This document shows, one piece after another, positions 1 through 12,340 of a stretch of 64,000 bases of DNA. Positions within the stretch are counted from its first letter, which is position 1. The number at the start of each line of letters is the position of its first letter. The translations under genes and the position numbers were made by a program. Source of the stretch: Octopus sinensis. Lineage: Eukaryota. A model generated the notes under the pieces. The model was not told the DNA's origin and did no database searches. It saw only the letters and a program-made list of their open reading frames with translations. Location: positions 25,358,001 through 25,422,000 of the forward strand of contig NC_042998.1 of assembly GCF_006345805.1 (NCBI RefSeq), read 5' to 3'.

Positions 1-158
1 GAATTACAGCTTTGATGTAATGATTGTGAAGTGAAATGAGTCGGAGTATATCGGAAAAACCAAAAATCTATTCAACGTGGAAGAAGGTCACTATCACAGT
101 GATGACACAGATAAGGTAAAACGGCTATGCATGCTGGGTAAAAGAAGGGCTTCATATA

Positions 159-380
159 CAGGGTGGCCCAAAAGTAGGTTTACAGTTATTCAACTATCTA
201 TTTTGCATTCATATATTAACAGTTAAGATCTTAATTATAGAAAAATATGAAACCATTATTCAGCAAGATGGAACACCTCCACATTATGTGTTAACAGTTA
301 GAGAGTACATTAATCAAGCTTTTCCACAGCATTGGTTTGGAAGACAGTGCCAAGATTTACCAGCCTTGAAATGGCAGTGT
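159..380 (+). mobile_element. Tc1/mariner-superfamily (maT/DD37D-like) transposon relic: terminus plus internally deleted transposase fragment
   Basis: TA followed by TIR-like CAGGGTGGCCCAAAAGTAGG at 159. From 255 it reads IIQQDGTPPHYVLTVREYINQAFPQHWFGR, matching the QQDGAPPH...WIGR motif around the second catalytic Asp. Confidence 0.7.
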
Positions 381-425
381 TTCCTTTGAACAAAAATTGG
401 GCATGTAGAGAAGAGTGACTGGCAC

Positions 426-577
426 ATTCCGCCGAGGTCGACTTTGCCTTTCATCCTTTCGGGATCGATAAAATAAAGTACCAGTTTCACACTGGGGTCG
501 ATGTAATCGATTTAATCCCTTTGTCTGTCCTTGTTTGTCCCCTCTATGTTTAGCCCCTTGTGGGCAGTAAAGAAAAT
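426..577 (+). mobile_element. SINE family 1 (Deu/Nin-like central domain), 5'-truncated
   Basis: gtcgactttgcctttcatcctttcggg..gataaa..agtaccagtt core, with the gtccttgtttgtcccctctatgtttagccccttgtggg tail; recurs about 10 times in the window. Confidence 0.8.
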
Positions 578-1454
578 ACACATGAATAACAGCCTGACTT
601 CTACAAGGAATAAAACGCTTCCCCCAGGACCACACACAAAGAAGCAGATAGTCAAGTCAAACTGAAGGGGACATTTATATACATATTTTTTAAAAAAGTA
701 AAATACGAAAATATTCCAGTTAGCCATAGCACTGTATTCTTCTGGTTGAACAGCAACAAAGCTATGCAGATATTTACTACAGCTCTGTGGCCTTTTTAGG
801 ATAACTCACTTTCATGTTTAAGTCTACTTTCTCATATATTTCAATAGAAATTGGTATTTGGATTAGCTAAATCTTTCTCGGTATCATTGCCAGTGTAAGC
901 TATCTGTATTTCAAACTCTGCATATGATCAGACTCTGCAGTAAAACTCAAGAGCTAGAATGTGTAAGTATCTGAACTAAATTCCTTCCTGCTGAATAATT
1001 GAAGATATTTTGAATCTGCTGTACAGTAGCTATATCTATATCTGTTGTATATTTTAAGAATTAGAAGTAATTCTGTGTAGATCTGATCTCAAGATCATAT
1101 GTTTGTGCAGTAAGTGCCCTAACACATCTTCACAAGACTTATCACAGCAAAAGCCATTTTGCAGAATTATAGAAATGAAATTCTTTACTAATCCTTCTTA
1201 ATTATAACTGCTCTAAGCAATTTAACTTCTTGATTACAGCAACTGGGAGCCTAATTCTATTCCATCATTACACAGAGCGCGAGAATTTTTAATTGACATC
1301 TTTTGCATCATTGCTGATTTAAGAGTGACTTTTAGAATTTTATATAGGATTGTTGATAACAGACTCCTTGCATGTTTGTTCCACAGATCAGGCATCCTGT
1401 AAGCTCATTTATTGATCAATTGTCAGTGGCAATATCTATTTGTTAATATATCTC

Positions 1455-2335
1455 ATATCGTTGTCTTTACGTTCTGAGTTCAAATTCTGCCAAGGTTGAC
1501 TTTGTCTTTCATCCTTTCGGGGTCGATAAATTAAGTACCAGTTTTTACTGGAGTCGATCTAATCGACTGGCCCCCTCCCCCAAAATTTCGGGTTTTGTGC
1601 TTAGAGTAGAAAAGAATAATATTCAAGGCGGTGAGCTGGCAGAAACACTAGCATGTCGGGTGAAATACTTAACAGTATTTCATCTGTCTTTATGTTCTGA
1701 GTTCAAATTCCACCAAGGTCGACTTTGCCTTTCATCCTTTCGGGTCGATAAATTAAGTACCAGTCACACACTGGGGTCGATGCAATCGATTTAATCCCTT
1801 TGTCTGTCCTTGTTTGTCCCCTCTATGTTTAGTCCCTTGTGGGCAATAAAGAAATAAGAAACGTTAGTATGCTGGGCAAAATGCTTTGTGGTATTTCGTC
1901 TGTCTTTACGTTCTGCGTTCAAATTCCACAGAGGTCGACTTTGCCTTTCATCCTTTTCGGGTCAATAAATGAAGTACCAGTTGCATCCTGGAGTCGAGCT
2001 AATCGACTGCCCACCCCCCACCTCCTTCCAAATTTCAGGCCTTCTGCCTAGAGTAGAAAAAATATATTTGATATCTGATTTGATACTCATCTGCATTTTC
2101 TTTCACAGTTGCTGGCAGAATGGTTAGCACACCAAGACGAAATTCTTAGCATTATTTCGTCTGCCGCTATGTTCTGAGTTCAAATTCCGCCAAGGTCAAC
2201 TTTGCCTTTCATCCTTTTGGGGGTCGATAAATTAAGTACCAGTTACACACTGGGGTTGATGTAATTGACTTAATCCCTTTTTCTGTCCTTGTTTGTCCCC
2301 TCTATGTTTAGCTCCTTGTGGGCAATAAAGAAATG
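1455..2335 (+). mobile_element. Head-to-tail array of four family-1 SINEs (approx. 1455-1620, 1626-1858, 1859-2063, 2108-2335)
   Basis: Four repeats of ttctgagttcaaattc..ga(g)gtcgactttgcctttcatcc with two alternating tail types. Confidence 0.85.
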
Positions 2336-3067
2336 TGATACATTGCAATCAATAATGCTTCTATAAACTCAGTTATATATATTATCAAGAAACTTTAAGT
2401 AAGCAATGCTTCCTATTTGCTTGGAAGCAGATTCTCTTGTACTCAATGTTACTTATAGAAAAGCAGAATATGTGAAAGCAATGAAAATTAATTGCAAATG
2501 TTTGGCAAAATATGATGGATCATTCATATTTAAAGCTTTCCCTCCCATAAACATTCTTACTTAATTATTTTTGCCTACACTTGAAAGATTCCAAAAATCA
2601 TGTGTCTTTATTGCTTTATTCATTTTCCAGCATATTCATTTTCCTCCTAGCTTAATTAGTTGCAATGTTTCCCAAGTTCTATCTGAAAATGTCCATCTTA
2701 ATTAGTTCAATTCATTGTCCACTGCCATCATCTGAAATCCAACTTAATTAGTTTTGGTTAATTTAAAGAATCTCAATCAAATTTCATTATCTCTTCTATT
2801 AACTCCCTTCCCCGTAACACTTCTTACTTTTATCAGTCAAACCTTTCAGGGTGTCTGTAATGTTATTCATCTCATTTCTTCTTATAATCACTTCATTTTA
2901 GCTTGCCTCAAACAAGATTTTATACAAAGGAAGTCAGTCCTAACTTTAAGAACCATTTTGTTACTTATAATTATCTTTCCACTGACAAGAGAGTTCAACT
3001 TGAACTTCCATAAATTGGTTCGATTTTTAAGAAGAAATGGAATATCTCCTAATTATTTTGTTATTTT

Positions 3068-3260
3068 TAAAGGTGGTGAACTGGCAGAATTCTTAGCATG
3101 CCAGACAAACTGTTTGGTAACATTTCATCTGCCTTTATGTTCTGAGTTCAAATTCCGCTGTGATCGGCTTTACCTTTAGGGGGGCGGCAAATCGATAAAA
3201 TAAGTACCAGTTGAACACTGGTGTTGATGTAATCGAGTCATTCCCTCCTCTAAAATTGCT
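3068..3260 (+). mobile_element. SINE family 1, diverged
   Basis: aaggtggtgaactggcagaa head, ttctgagttcaaattcc and gataaaataagtaccagttgaacactgg. Confidence 0.7.
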
Positions 3261-3589
3261 GTACACACACACACACACACACTCATTCATTTGTGTGTAT
3301 GTGAGGGGAGTAAATGTAAGGATAAGCAAGTTAGGTGTGTCAATATACAAAGAATATTGAATACATTTAATATTTCTAATGTTTAATATAAAAAAATTCA
3401 GAGTATCAGATAAATGTCATTTAATGAACACAGTCATTATGTATGAACTACTCCAAGTTTCGTGCTCCAATAGTGCAGAAATTGGATGGGTTGGTATGTC
3501 ACACTATTCCTTTATTCTTTTAATGGTTTCAGTTCTCTGACTGTGACCATGCTGGAGTACTGCTTTAATTTATTTTCAATTAGTTTTGC

Positions 3590-4200
3590 TGTCAATTTAT
3601 AGCAGTAAGTTGATCTATGATTGAGTTTGTAGCTACTGATGTTGTTGTTGTTGTTGAGCGAATGGTCTTCATCCCAGAGCTCGCAAAATGGGAGAAGTCC
3701 GAAACGTGGTCCTTTGCTATTTGTAAGACCCGCAGAAGAGAAAGCAGGTCAACCCCCGACACTGAGAGCATCGACTGATGGATGAATGCACATCCAGGCT
3801 CAGCGGTTGCATAGGAAGTCAAAGACAAGAAAGAGGAAGAAAGAGTGAGAGAAAGTTGGAGCGAAAGAGTTCAACAGGGGTCGCCACCCCCACCCCTGCC
3901 GGAGCCTCATGGAGCTTTAGGTGTTTTCGTTCAATAAACACACAGAACACCCAGTCTGGGAATCGAAACTGCGATCCTCCGACCGCGAGTCCGCTGCCCT
4001 AACCACTGGGCCATTGCGCCTCCCTCTTGTAGTTGCTGATCTTCCCTGGGTGTATCTTTGAATGCTTGGCTGGTCTGGTCCCATTGTTAGCAGTTTATCC
4101 AATGCTTTTTTTAATGTTTCATTAGCGGTTCCTTTTATACTACACATGTTCTGGCAAACATTCAGGCTCAGATAGCATTGCTATTCCATGAAGAAATATC
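3590..4200 (-). mobile_element. CR1/L2-group LINE ORF2 C-terminal fossil, split by a SINE
   Basis: Minus strand reads LKKALDKLLTMGPDQPSIQRYTQGRSATT, then the SINE, then SVATNSIIDQL. Rejoined, this resembles the LDKLL..PDQP...Y...RAA.SNSI.DQ C-terminus of such LINEs. Confidence 0.55.
3641..4026 (-). mobile_element. tRNA-headed SINE (H1 head) with (CAA)n tail
   Basis: Reverse complement ggaggcgcaatggcccagtggttagggcagcggactcgcggtcggaggatcgcagtttcgattccc contains A and B boxes. (GTT)n lies at 3641. 14-bp TSD ttgtagctactgat (3627-3640) / ttgtagttgctgat (4027-4040). Confidence 0.85.
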
Positions 4201-4704
4201 AGGAAAAAAAAAATGAGACAAAACATTAAGAATCTTATTAACTTGTTGTTATCAAACTGGAAGACACCATTCACACCAAATTAGACACAGTTTAACTTCA
4301 TTTCACTATTGCCACTAGATTTTTAGATGACAACATGTGTTAAACACCCAGCATTAATAATATTCTTCATTTAATGGGCTAAAGAGATATAACCTAGTTC
4401 CTGTGAATGTTATTATCTTGCTTTCTCTTAAAAACATTTCTTAATATTTCTTCTCAGATATTTTTTCTTGTTCTTTTTTTATTTTTTGGTATATTTCCTC
4501 ATAGCCATGTTATGTAGACCAGAATGATTGCAAAATCGTGTATGGTATGATATGCAAGCTTGTGTGATTGCTGCACTACTCAAGCATGCAACTCAAAGTA
4601 GCTCATGGATAACTCCTCTATTTATTACTGATATATATATATAATAAATTTCATATATTCCGTCTTCCGTCTTTCATTTGCCATATATATATACTCTTGC
4701 TCTT

Positions 4705-5070
4705 TGCTCTTTTCTTGATTCAGTCATTTGACTGTGGCCATGCTGGAGCACTGCCTTTAGTCGAGCAAATCGACCCCAGGACTTATTCTTTGTAAACCTA
4801 GTATTTATACTATCGGTCTTATTTTGCTGAACCGCTAAGTTACAGGGACGTAAACACACCAGCATCAGTTGTCAAGCGATGTTGGGGGAACAAACACAGA
4901 CACACAAACATATACACACACATACATATATATATGTATACATATATACGACAGGCTTCTTTCAGTTTCCATCTTCCAAATCCAGTTTCCATCTATCAAA
5001 TCCACTCACAAGTCTTTGGTTGGCCTGAGGCTATAGTGTTTGTTAAGCAAGCTACTTACCACACAGCCAC
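4705..5070 (-). mobile_element. SINE family 2 (tRNA-like head, internal microsatellite, gtaaaagagta-type tail)
   Basis: cagtcatttgactgtggccatgctggagcac...gacttattctttgt...ggcttctttcagtttcc...tccactcacaag, as in about 13 other copies. Confidence 0.8.
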
Positions 5071-5530
5071 CATCATCATCATCATCAGCAGCAGCAGTAG
5101 CAGCATTTAACATTCATTGTCCATGCTGGTATGGGTTGGATAGTTTGACCAGCTGGTACACTGGAAGGCTGCACCAGACACCAATCTGATTTGGCATGGT
5201 TTTCTGTGGCTGGATGTCCTTCCTAACACAGCATAATGGGTGCTTTTATCTGCCCTTAGTACGAATGCCATTTGCATGACACAGGGGTGCTTTTATGTGA
5301 CAATTTGCATGATGCCAGTATCTGCCACGACTGTGATTTTACTTGGCTTCATGGGTCTTCTTCTCAAGGTGACATAATGCCAAAGATCTTGGCCATTGCC
5401 TCCATGAGGCCCAACACTCAAAAGGAATTCAGCCATTTTGCCTCGATGAGGCCCAATGCAAAAAAGGTGTTCTTTACATGTCACCAGCATGGGTGTACTT
5501 GGCTTGATGGGTCCTCTTAAGCACAACACA
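5070..5530 (-). mobile_element. Family 3 RTE-tailed retroelement ((GAT)n tail), long diverged form
   Basis: catcatcat..tttaac..ccatgctggtatgggttgga, gctggatgtccttcctaac, plus about 2 copies of the 42-bp unit expanded at 54301. Confidence 0.7.
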
Positions 5531-5619
5531 TGACCTAGGGTCAAATTTTAAAAATCATATATATATATATATGTATGTATGTATAGACACACATACACAC
5601 ACATATATATATATATTCT

Positions 5620-6012
5620 TTTATTCTTTTATTTGTTTCAGTCATTTGACTGCAGCCATGCTGGAGCACTACCTTTAGTCAAACAAATCAACCCAGGGAC
5701 TTATTCTTTGCAAGCCTAGTACTTATTCTATTGGGCTCTTTTTAACAAATCGTTAAGTTACAGGGATGTAAACACACCATCATCTGTTGTCAAGTGATGG
5801 TGGTGGGGGGGGGGACAAACACAGACACACAAACATATATATATATATATATAATTATAATTAGGGTTTAGCTAACTGCTTCACCCTAATTATAATTGTG
5901 TGGATAATTTTACCTCTAAAGGTTGTTTTAACGTACCGATCTACTTGGTGAAATTGTTAATTAATTAATTAATTAATTAATTAATAATTTTACCCTTCTA
6001 TTAATTTTAAAT

Positions 6013-6075
<63 letters not shown>

Positions 6076-6235
6076 ACTGGCTTCTTTCAGTTTTCGTCTA
6101 CCAAATCCACTCACAAGGCTTTGGTCAGGCTGAGGCTATAGTAGAAGACACTTGCCCAAGATGCCATGCAATGGAACTGAACCTGGAACCATGTCGTTGG
6201 GAAGCAAGCTTCTTACAACACAGCCACACTGCACC
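5620..6235 (-). mobile_element. SINE family 2 split at its internal microsatellite by an AT-rich insert (approx. 5850-6010)
   Basis: The 3' half at 5620-5830 and the 5' half at 6075-6235 are colinear with the family-2 consensus. Confidence 0.75.
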
Positions 6236-7155
6236 TGAATATATCTGAATTTATTCATATTTTTACCACTATTATTGCTACTGTTTATTTATTTCTAGTT
6301 GTCACTACCTTTTTCTTTTTTATTTTCCACTGACATTCCACAACTTAATTTTCATCCTTGTCCTCAACCTAATTAGTTACATCAAGGTTCATAATTTATC
6401 TTTATTATCCTAATGACCCATTTTCTTTTTACTTCTACCCTTACATCCTATGCTTCAAATATCACAAACATACTATTTTTTTTCTTTCCTTTCAATTTCT
6501 TCTCTGTTATGATTCTGCTGTTGGTCACATTCATCTCATAAACAATTATTATGGATTGTTTCATGATGAGAAAGACTGAACAGACAGCTTTACAACAATG
6601 ACTTTCCTGCTGGAAAGTTGATGAAAAATACCGGACAAGGAAATTGGATTAGCTGAGCTAAAGAATGAGATGATTGTGGGTCATTGATTACATTGAAAAA
6701 TACAGCTGCTTTTTCTTACCAACAAAAGACTTCTATGATTAGAAATAAAGAATACTGATCATCATTGAAAAGAGTAAATATCAGGTTGAGTGGAAGGAAA
6801 GAAGAAAATAAAAGAGTGAGTATTTAATTGCAAAATTAAAGCTAAAATCAGGAGTATACATTAATTGATGTAGATTAAATTGATTTTATACCTTGGTGGA
6901 ATGATCTACTTGCATGCATGCAGACATGTTGATTGCTTATAAGGACATAATATTTCATTTTGCAATCATAGTATGCTACCAAGTATACTGAAGGGTTACA
7001 AGTCAATACTATGTCCTCCTTTTGTGTTAGCCGTGCATTGTTTTCAATTTATGTTTATCTTATCTCTACAGACTATCTAAAATTGTGTGTCTGTGTGCAC
7101 ATGTATGTGTGTGTGTGTATATATATAAATATGAATATATATATATGAATATATT

Positions 7156-7220
<65 letters not shown>

Positions 7221-7222
7221 AC

Positions 7223-7254
<32 letters not shown>

Positions 7255-7270
7255 ATTTATGTATATATGT

Positions 7271-7592
7271 GAAGGCACGTGGCTTAGTGGTTAGGGGCAT
7301 TCGGCTCATGATTGTAAGGTCATGAGTTCAATTCCTGGTGGTGCATTGTGTTCTTGAGCAAGACACTTTATTTCACGTTGATCCAGTCCACTCAGCTGGC
7401 AAAAATGAGGAGTACCTGTATTTTAAAGGGCCAACCTTGTCACACACTGTGTCACGCTGAACCTCCCTGAGAACTACATTAAGGGTACACGTGTCTGTGG
7501 AGTGCTCAGCCACATACACGTTAATTTCACGAGCAAGCTGTTCTTTTGATCGTATCAGCTGGGACCCTCGTCATCATAACCGACGGAGTGCT

Positions 7593-7594
<2 letters not shown>
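7271..7594 (+). mobile_element. tRNA-headed SINE family 4 (Meta/CORE-like central domain) with the ...ggagtgc tail
   Basis: gtggcttagtggttagg A box, gagttcaattcc B box, ttgtgttcttgagcaagacactttatttcacgttg domain; tail shared with 26708-27094. Confidence 0.8.
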
Positions 7595-7642
<48 letters not shown>

Positions 7643-7671
7643 CATGTATATTGACAGCTATATCCAGGAGT

Positions 7672-7835
7672 TTTTTTTTATTCCCTCTCTGTTTATTTCT
7701 TTTGTTTCTTTCTGTAGAAGAGCATAGGTTTGAAATTTTAAAGACTTTTTTTATCTTCCCGACCACCAAACTAATACACCTGCTTGTTGTTTATACACCT
7801 GTCTTTGTCTTTTGTTTTTCTGTAATTTTCAACTA
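7672..7835 (+). mobile_element. Short (approx. 165 bp) hammerhead-bearing element, family HH-A
   Basis: Homologous to 7860-8035(-), 17135-17295, 35745-35900 and 37935-38092; ends in (TA)n. Confidence 0.7.
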
Positions 7836-7859
7836 TATATATATATATATATATATATA

Positions 7860-8035
7860 AAGGGAAAGTTTACGACAATAAACAAAAGACGAAGGCAGGT
7901 GGAGTACAAACAAACAAATGTATTAGTATAGCACTCAGGAATAGAAATAGAAAAAGTCTTTTACGTTTCGAGCCTACGCTCTTCGACAGAAAGATACACA
8001 GAAAAAAACAAGGAGAGAAACAAGGAGAGAAAAAA
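7860..8035 (-). mobile_element. Family HH-A element, best-preserved copy
   Basis: Inverted relative to 7672-7835 across a (TA)n tract. Confidence 0.7.
7957..7994 (-). ncRNA. Minimal type-I hammerhead-like motif with non-canonical core
   Basis: tcttt CTGTCGA A GAGC GTAG GCTC GAAA CG TA aaaga: stem I tcttt/aaaga, stem II GAGC/GCTC, palindromic ACGU stem III, GUA triplet. Confidence 0.55.
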
Positions 8036-8967
8036 ATTTGTGTAGTAGCTAACGAGATATCATGGCGTCCTGACTTCGGACAGTGGTCAGACGCGAGAGG
8101 GACTGTAGGGGAGATAACAGGGTCAAGTGACTTCTAATACGAAGGTTCCCCCAACACAAAGGTGCGTGTGTGTATAAGAGAGTATGTATGTGCGTGTGAA
8201 AGAGGGCTGGTGGTCTGGACGTGTGTGTGTATGTATGTATGGGTGTGGAGATGTGGGTATGGGTGTGTGGGTGGTGTGTTGTATATATATATTAAAAAAA
8301 TACAAAATGGGACAAGAATGCAAAACATTCGGACAACTAGGTGATGCAAGAAACAATAACAACATGTAACAGAAACATCTGTAAATGACGCTTTGACCAT
8401 CTGCCAAGCAAATGAGAAGCAGTAATTGAAGTAGATGGTGAATATGCTCCGGAATAATCATTTAAAGATGTTTTTGTTACATGTTGTTATTGTTTTTGTT
8501 GAATAAAATTTGTTGAAAAAAAGCCGCAATAATTATGCCCCAATCCAGTCGTATCTCTGTATCTCTATGTTTTTTTATTGCAAAAGAGTATTCAATAACT
8601 CACACTTGCTCAAGGTACCATGGAATTGGAGAGAACCTGAAGCCATGTGGTTTGGAAACAAATCTTCTACTACACAGCCATACCAGTGCCTACAAGCCAT
8701 AGGAATGTATAACTTGTAATCATCTTTACAAACAGAATAAAGAAATTGACTTTTGCATGTTTCAAGGTTAATTGGCAATTCTTCAGGGAACAAGTACTCC
8801 TCAATTTTCATGGTAGATTGGCCGCTTTTCAGATCAAATATCTCTCACCTTCTATGTAAGAAGCGAATTCATAGCAAGTACTATTTAAATCAATCAAAAA
8901 GTAATTCTTGGCTAAAATAGCTGGACTAAACTGCATATAGTACCTTAAACAGGGGCATGACAAAATC

Positions 8968-9250
8968 ATCATCATCATCATTTAGCGTCCGCTTTCCATG
9001 CTAGCATGGGTTGGACGGGTCAACAAGGGTCTGGGAAGCCAGAAGGCTGCACCAGGCCCAGTCTGATCTGGCAATGTTTCTACAGCTGGATGCCCTTCCT
9101 AACGCCAACCACTCCATGAGTGTAGTGGGTACTTTTTACGTGCCAGACGGGGCTGGCAAATGGCCACAGTCGGATGGTGCTTTTTACGTGCTACCGGCAC
9201 GGGGGCCAGGCGAGGCTGGCAATGGCCACGATCGGACGGTGTTTTTTACG
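8968..9250 (-). mobile_element. Family 3 RTE-tailed retroelement
   Basis: catcatcatcatttagcgtccgctttccatgctagcatgggttggacg...ctacagctggatgcccttcctaacgccaaccactcc. Confidence 0.85.
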
Positions 9251-9889
9251 TGGGAAATTAGTTAAACTATTTCATATAAGAACCACTTTTTTACTTCACA
9301 CAGAAGTGTAACAATCAACTAACTGTTTTTGAAGCGTTACAGAGAGTGTTCATGTTTTGTAACCAGACAGTTCAATGACACCCTTCATAGTCCAGCTTGG
9401 TGTGTTTTTACTCGTTGTCTATAAGGTGAATTTCTCTTAACTACACTGTCATTTCGTTTTAAAGTTTTGCAAAATGTAAATTATAAATTTCAAATGATAC
9501 AAAGATATCTACAAAATTTATGTATGAAAATTAAAAATATATGACTTTGTAAAATACTATGTGTCTATATTTCTATCAATAAACCTGTTTAACTTTTGTA
9601 GTAATCTGAAAGATAATTAACAAAATTTGTTTACATTTTATCAATAAATTTCCTTTCAAAGATTTTGTAGCTTTAAATCACAACATTTTTACAGTCATTA
9701 AATTATAAATTGCAGCAAAACTTAATATTTGAATGTAGCTAGCACACCTATTCATGATTAAATGGTGCCAATAAGGAAGCCTCTGTGCAGAAATAGCAGC
9801 CAAATGCTTCATAAATGAAAACATATCAACTTTAACCTTCCATAGCTATATTTCTAATGAAATACCCTACTTTTGTGCGTGTGTTTCAA

Positions 9890-10080
9890 TAATGAAAATA
9901 TTCAAGAATATGGAAGGATTTAGTAGAATAACAAGTATTTTCATTTATTGTCTGGGTGCTTGGAACATTACTTGATAAAATATTCTTAATGTAAAAACTG
10001 ACACCCCAATGGTTATGATGAGGGTTCTGGAGGATTCGATTATTGGAATAGCCTCCACATAAAATTAAAATGCAAGGGGC
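9890..10080 (-). mobile_element. Possible LINE apurinic-endonuclease fragment
   Basis: ILCGGYSNNRILQNPHHNHWGVSFYIKNIL resembles the GY...R...GGVxFYIK segment of APE domains. Short and degenerate. Confidence 0.3.
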
Positions 10081-10264
10081 TGAGCACTCCATAACTACAT
10101 GAACCCTTAATGGTAGTTCTCAGGGAGATTCTGTATGGCACAGAATATGAGAAGGCAGGCCCTTTGAAATACAAGTACAATTAATTTTTACTAGCTGAGT
10201 GGGCTGGAGTGCCTTCATGATCATGAACTGAATGGCATAACCACTTAACCAGATGCCTTCACTA

Positions 10265-10392
10265 TTCATCATCATCATCATCTTCACCATCGTCATCATC
10301 ATCATCGTTTAACGTCCGCTTTCCATGCTAGCATAGGTTGGACGGTTTGACTGAGGACTGGCGAACCAGATGGTTGCACCAGGCTCCAATCT

Positions 10393-10435
<43 letters not shown>

Positions 10436-10530
10436 ATATATATATGTGTATATATATATATGCATATATGTATATATATATATATATGTGTATATATATA
10501 TATATATATATAGACATATATATATATATT

Positions 10531-10576
<46 letters not shown>

Positions 10577-10587
10577 TATACATATTT

Positions 10588-10638
<51 letters not shown>

Positions 10639-10790
10639 GTGCTTCTTTTAGTTTCCATCTACCAAGTCTATTCACAAGGCTGTTGTTGACACGAGGCTAA
10701 AGTTGAAGACACTTGCACAAGGTGCCACAAAGTAGGACTGAACCCAGAACCATGCGGTCAGAAAGCAAATTACCACACGTCCACGCCTGC
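10265..10790 (-). mobile_element. Family 3 3' stub (10265-10395), (TA)n tract, and family 2 5' part (10640-10790)
   Basis: catcatcgtttaacgtccgctttccatgc; then cttctttagtttcc..gaagacacttgcacaaggtgccac. Confidence 0.7.
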
Positions 10791-11402
10791 ACCTAATGTA
10801 TTTTGTTAGCTTGTAGTCTCAAATTCCTTCCTTAGTGATATATTTTACCATTAGTTATGGACAGCATTTAGCATTAGAACTATATTCACCTTTATATTAA
10901 GAACTTAGAAAACCATTTTCATTTTCATCACTATGGCATCAAGCTGTAAGAACCATACCAAAACACTCAGAAGCATGGCACAGGCTCCCACTTGGCCAGT
11001 TCTTGCCAGCATGGAAGGAGGACATGACATGATGATGATGATGATGATATATATAATATACTATATATATATATATATAATATATATATATATATATACT
11101 ATAAAATAGGATTTAATCCTAAATCTAATTTTTCCCTGTAAGTTTGGATTTATTCCCTAATATTATTATTATTATATATATATATATATATATATAATTT
11201 CAACAATTGAGGGTAAAATTAATTAATTATTAATCAATTTCACCAAGTATTCAGTATGTAAAGGGACCATTTAAGGCGAATTCAAATTATTACATTATAT
11301 AAAAGAGCTTAGTAAAATAAATTACTTTGCCACATACTGAACTCATTAGAAATAGTAGCTAAAAAAACTTTTTTAAAACTATTTCTAATATATATATATA
11401 TA

Positions 11403-11683
11403 CTAGCAGTATCGCCCGGCGTTGCTCAGGTTTGTAAGGGAAATAACTATATAAGCATTTTTAGAGAGTTATAGCCAAAAAATGCATTAAAAATGGAAAA
11501 AAAATGATGGTAATTTTTTTTTTTAAATCGTAGACTCATCGTATATGCCCGCTAATACCCAGAAGGGCTCGATATGAATCACGACTATAAGATACCCGGT
11601 TTTGGTTAAACTGCACCACAAAATGTGGGAGTAGTTAGGAATCTAAATCGTAGGAGACAGACACACAACTTGACTTTTATATA
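11403..11683 (-). mobile_element. Non-autonomous Helitron
   Basis: 3' end gagcaacgccgggcgatactgCTAG (hairpin plus CTAG) at 11403; 5' end tatataaaagtcaagttgtgtg in an AT microsatellite. Confidence 0.75.
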
Positions 11684-12196
11684 TCTATATATATAAAACT
11701 CTAGTTGTGTGAGTGTCTGTCCCCTTCGATTTAGATTCCTAACTCCTCCCACATTTTGCGGTGCAGTTTAACCAAATTCGGGTATCTTATAGTCGTGATT
11801 CATATCGAGCCCGTCTGAGTATTAGCGCGCGTCTACGATGAGTCTACGATTTTAAAAATAATTTAACATCATTTTTTATTCCATTTTAATGCATAATTTT
11901 TCGTGTGTCGATGGCGGCGGAGTTGGCGTCCATGGTCACAGCTGCACCTGTTTGCTTCTCCCCCTTCTTCCCTCCCTCGTGAAGCTGTGGGGAAGGGAGT
12001 GTAAAGAAATCAACGTCGTAAAGCGTTGTCAAGGAGACCAGCGTTCTTTTAGAACAACGACTTCATGGCTTGAAGACACCAAAACAGAAATGGCTAAGAA
12101 AGCCCGAATTGGCATCTATAAGGGAAGTAACTCTCTAAAAATGCTTGTATAGTTATTTCCCTTACAAACTCGAGCAACGCCGGGCGATACTGCTAG
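11684..12196 (+). mobile_element. Non-autonomous Helitron
   Basis: Starts TCtatatatataaaa and ends gagcaacgccgggcgatactgCTAG followed by T. Carries a GC-rich internal segment at approx. 11895-12130. Confidence 0.8.
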
Positions 12197-12340
12197 TAAA
12201 GATATATAAATAAGTGCCTTCTCAGCACCAAATAGATCTGACTGGTTGATGCTTAGGTTGCTGCAGTTTTATGGCATTATATATATGAGTTTAATTTTTC
12301 TGTTAGAAAGAAAAACCACATATTAAATGATTTGATATCA

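Noticed and set aside
720-1455. Decayed coding sequence on the minus strand (AEFEIQIAYTGNDT...; KYLHSFVAVQPEEYSAM)
   Set aside because: Multiple stops and no identifiable family motif.
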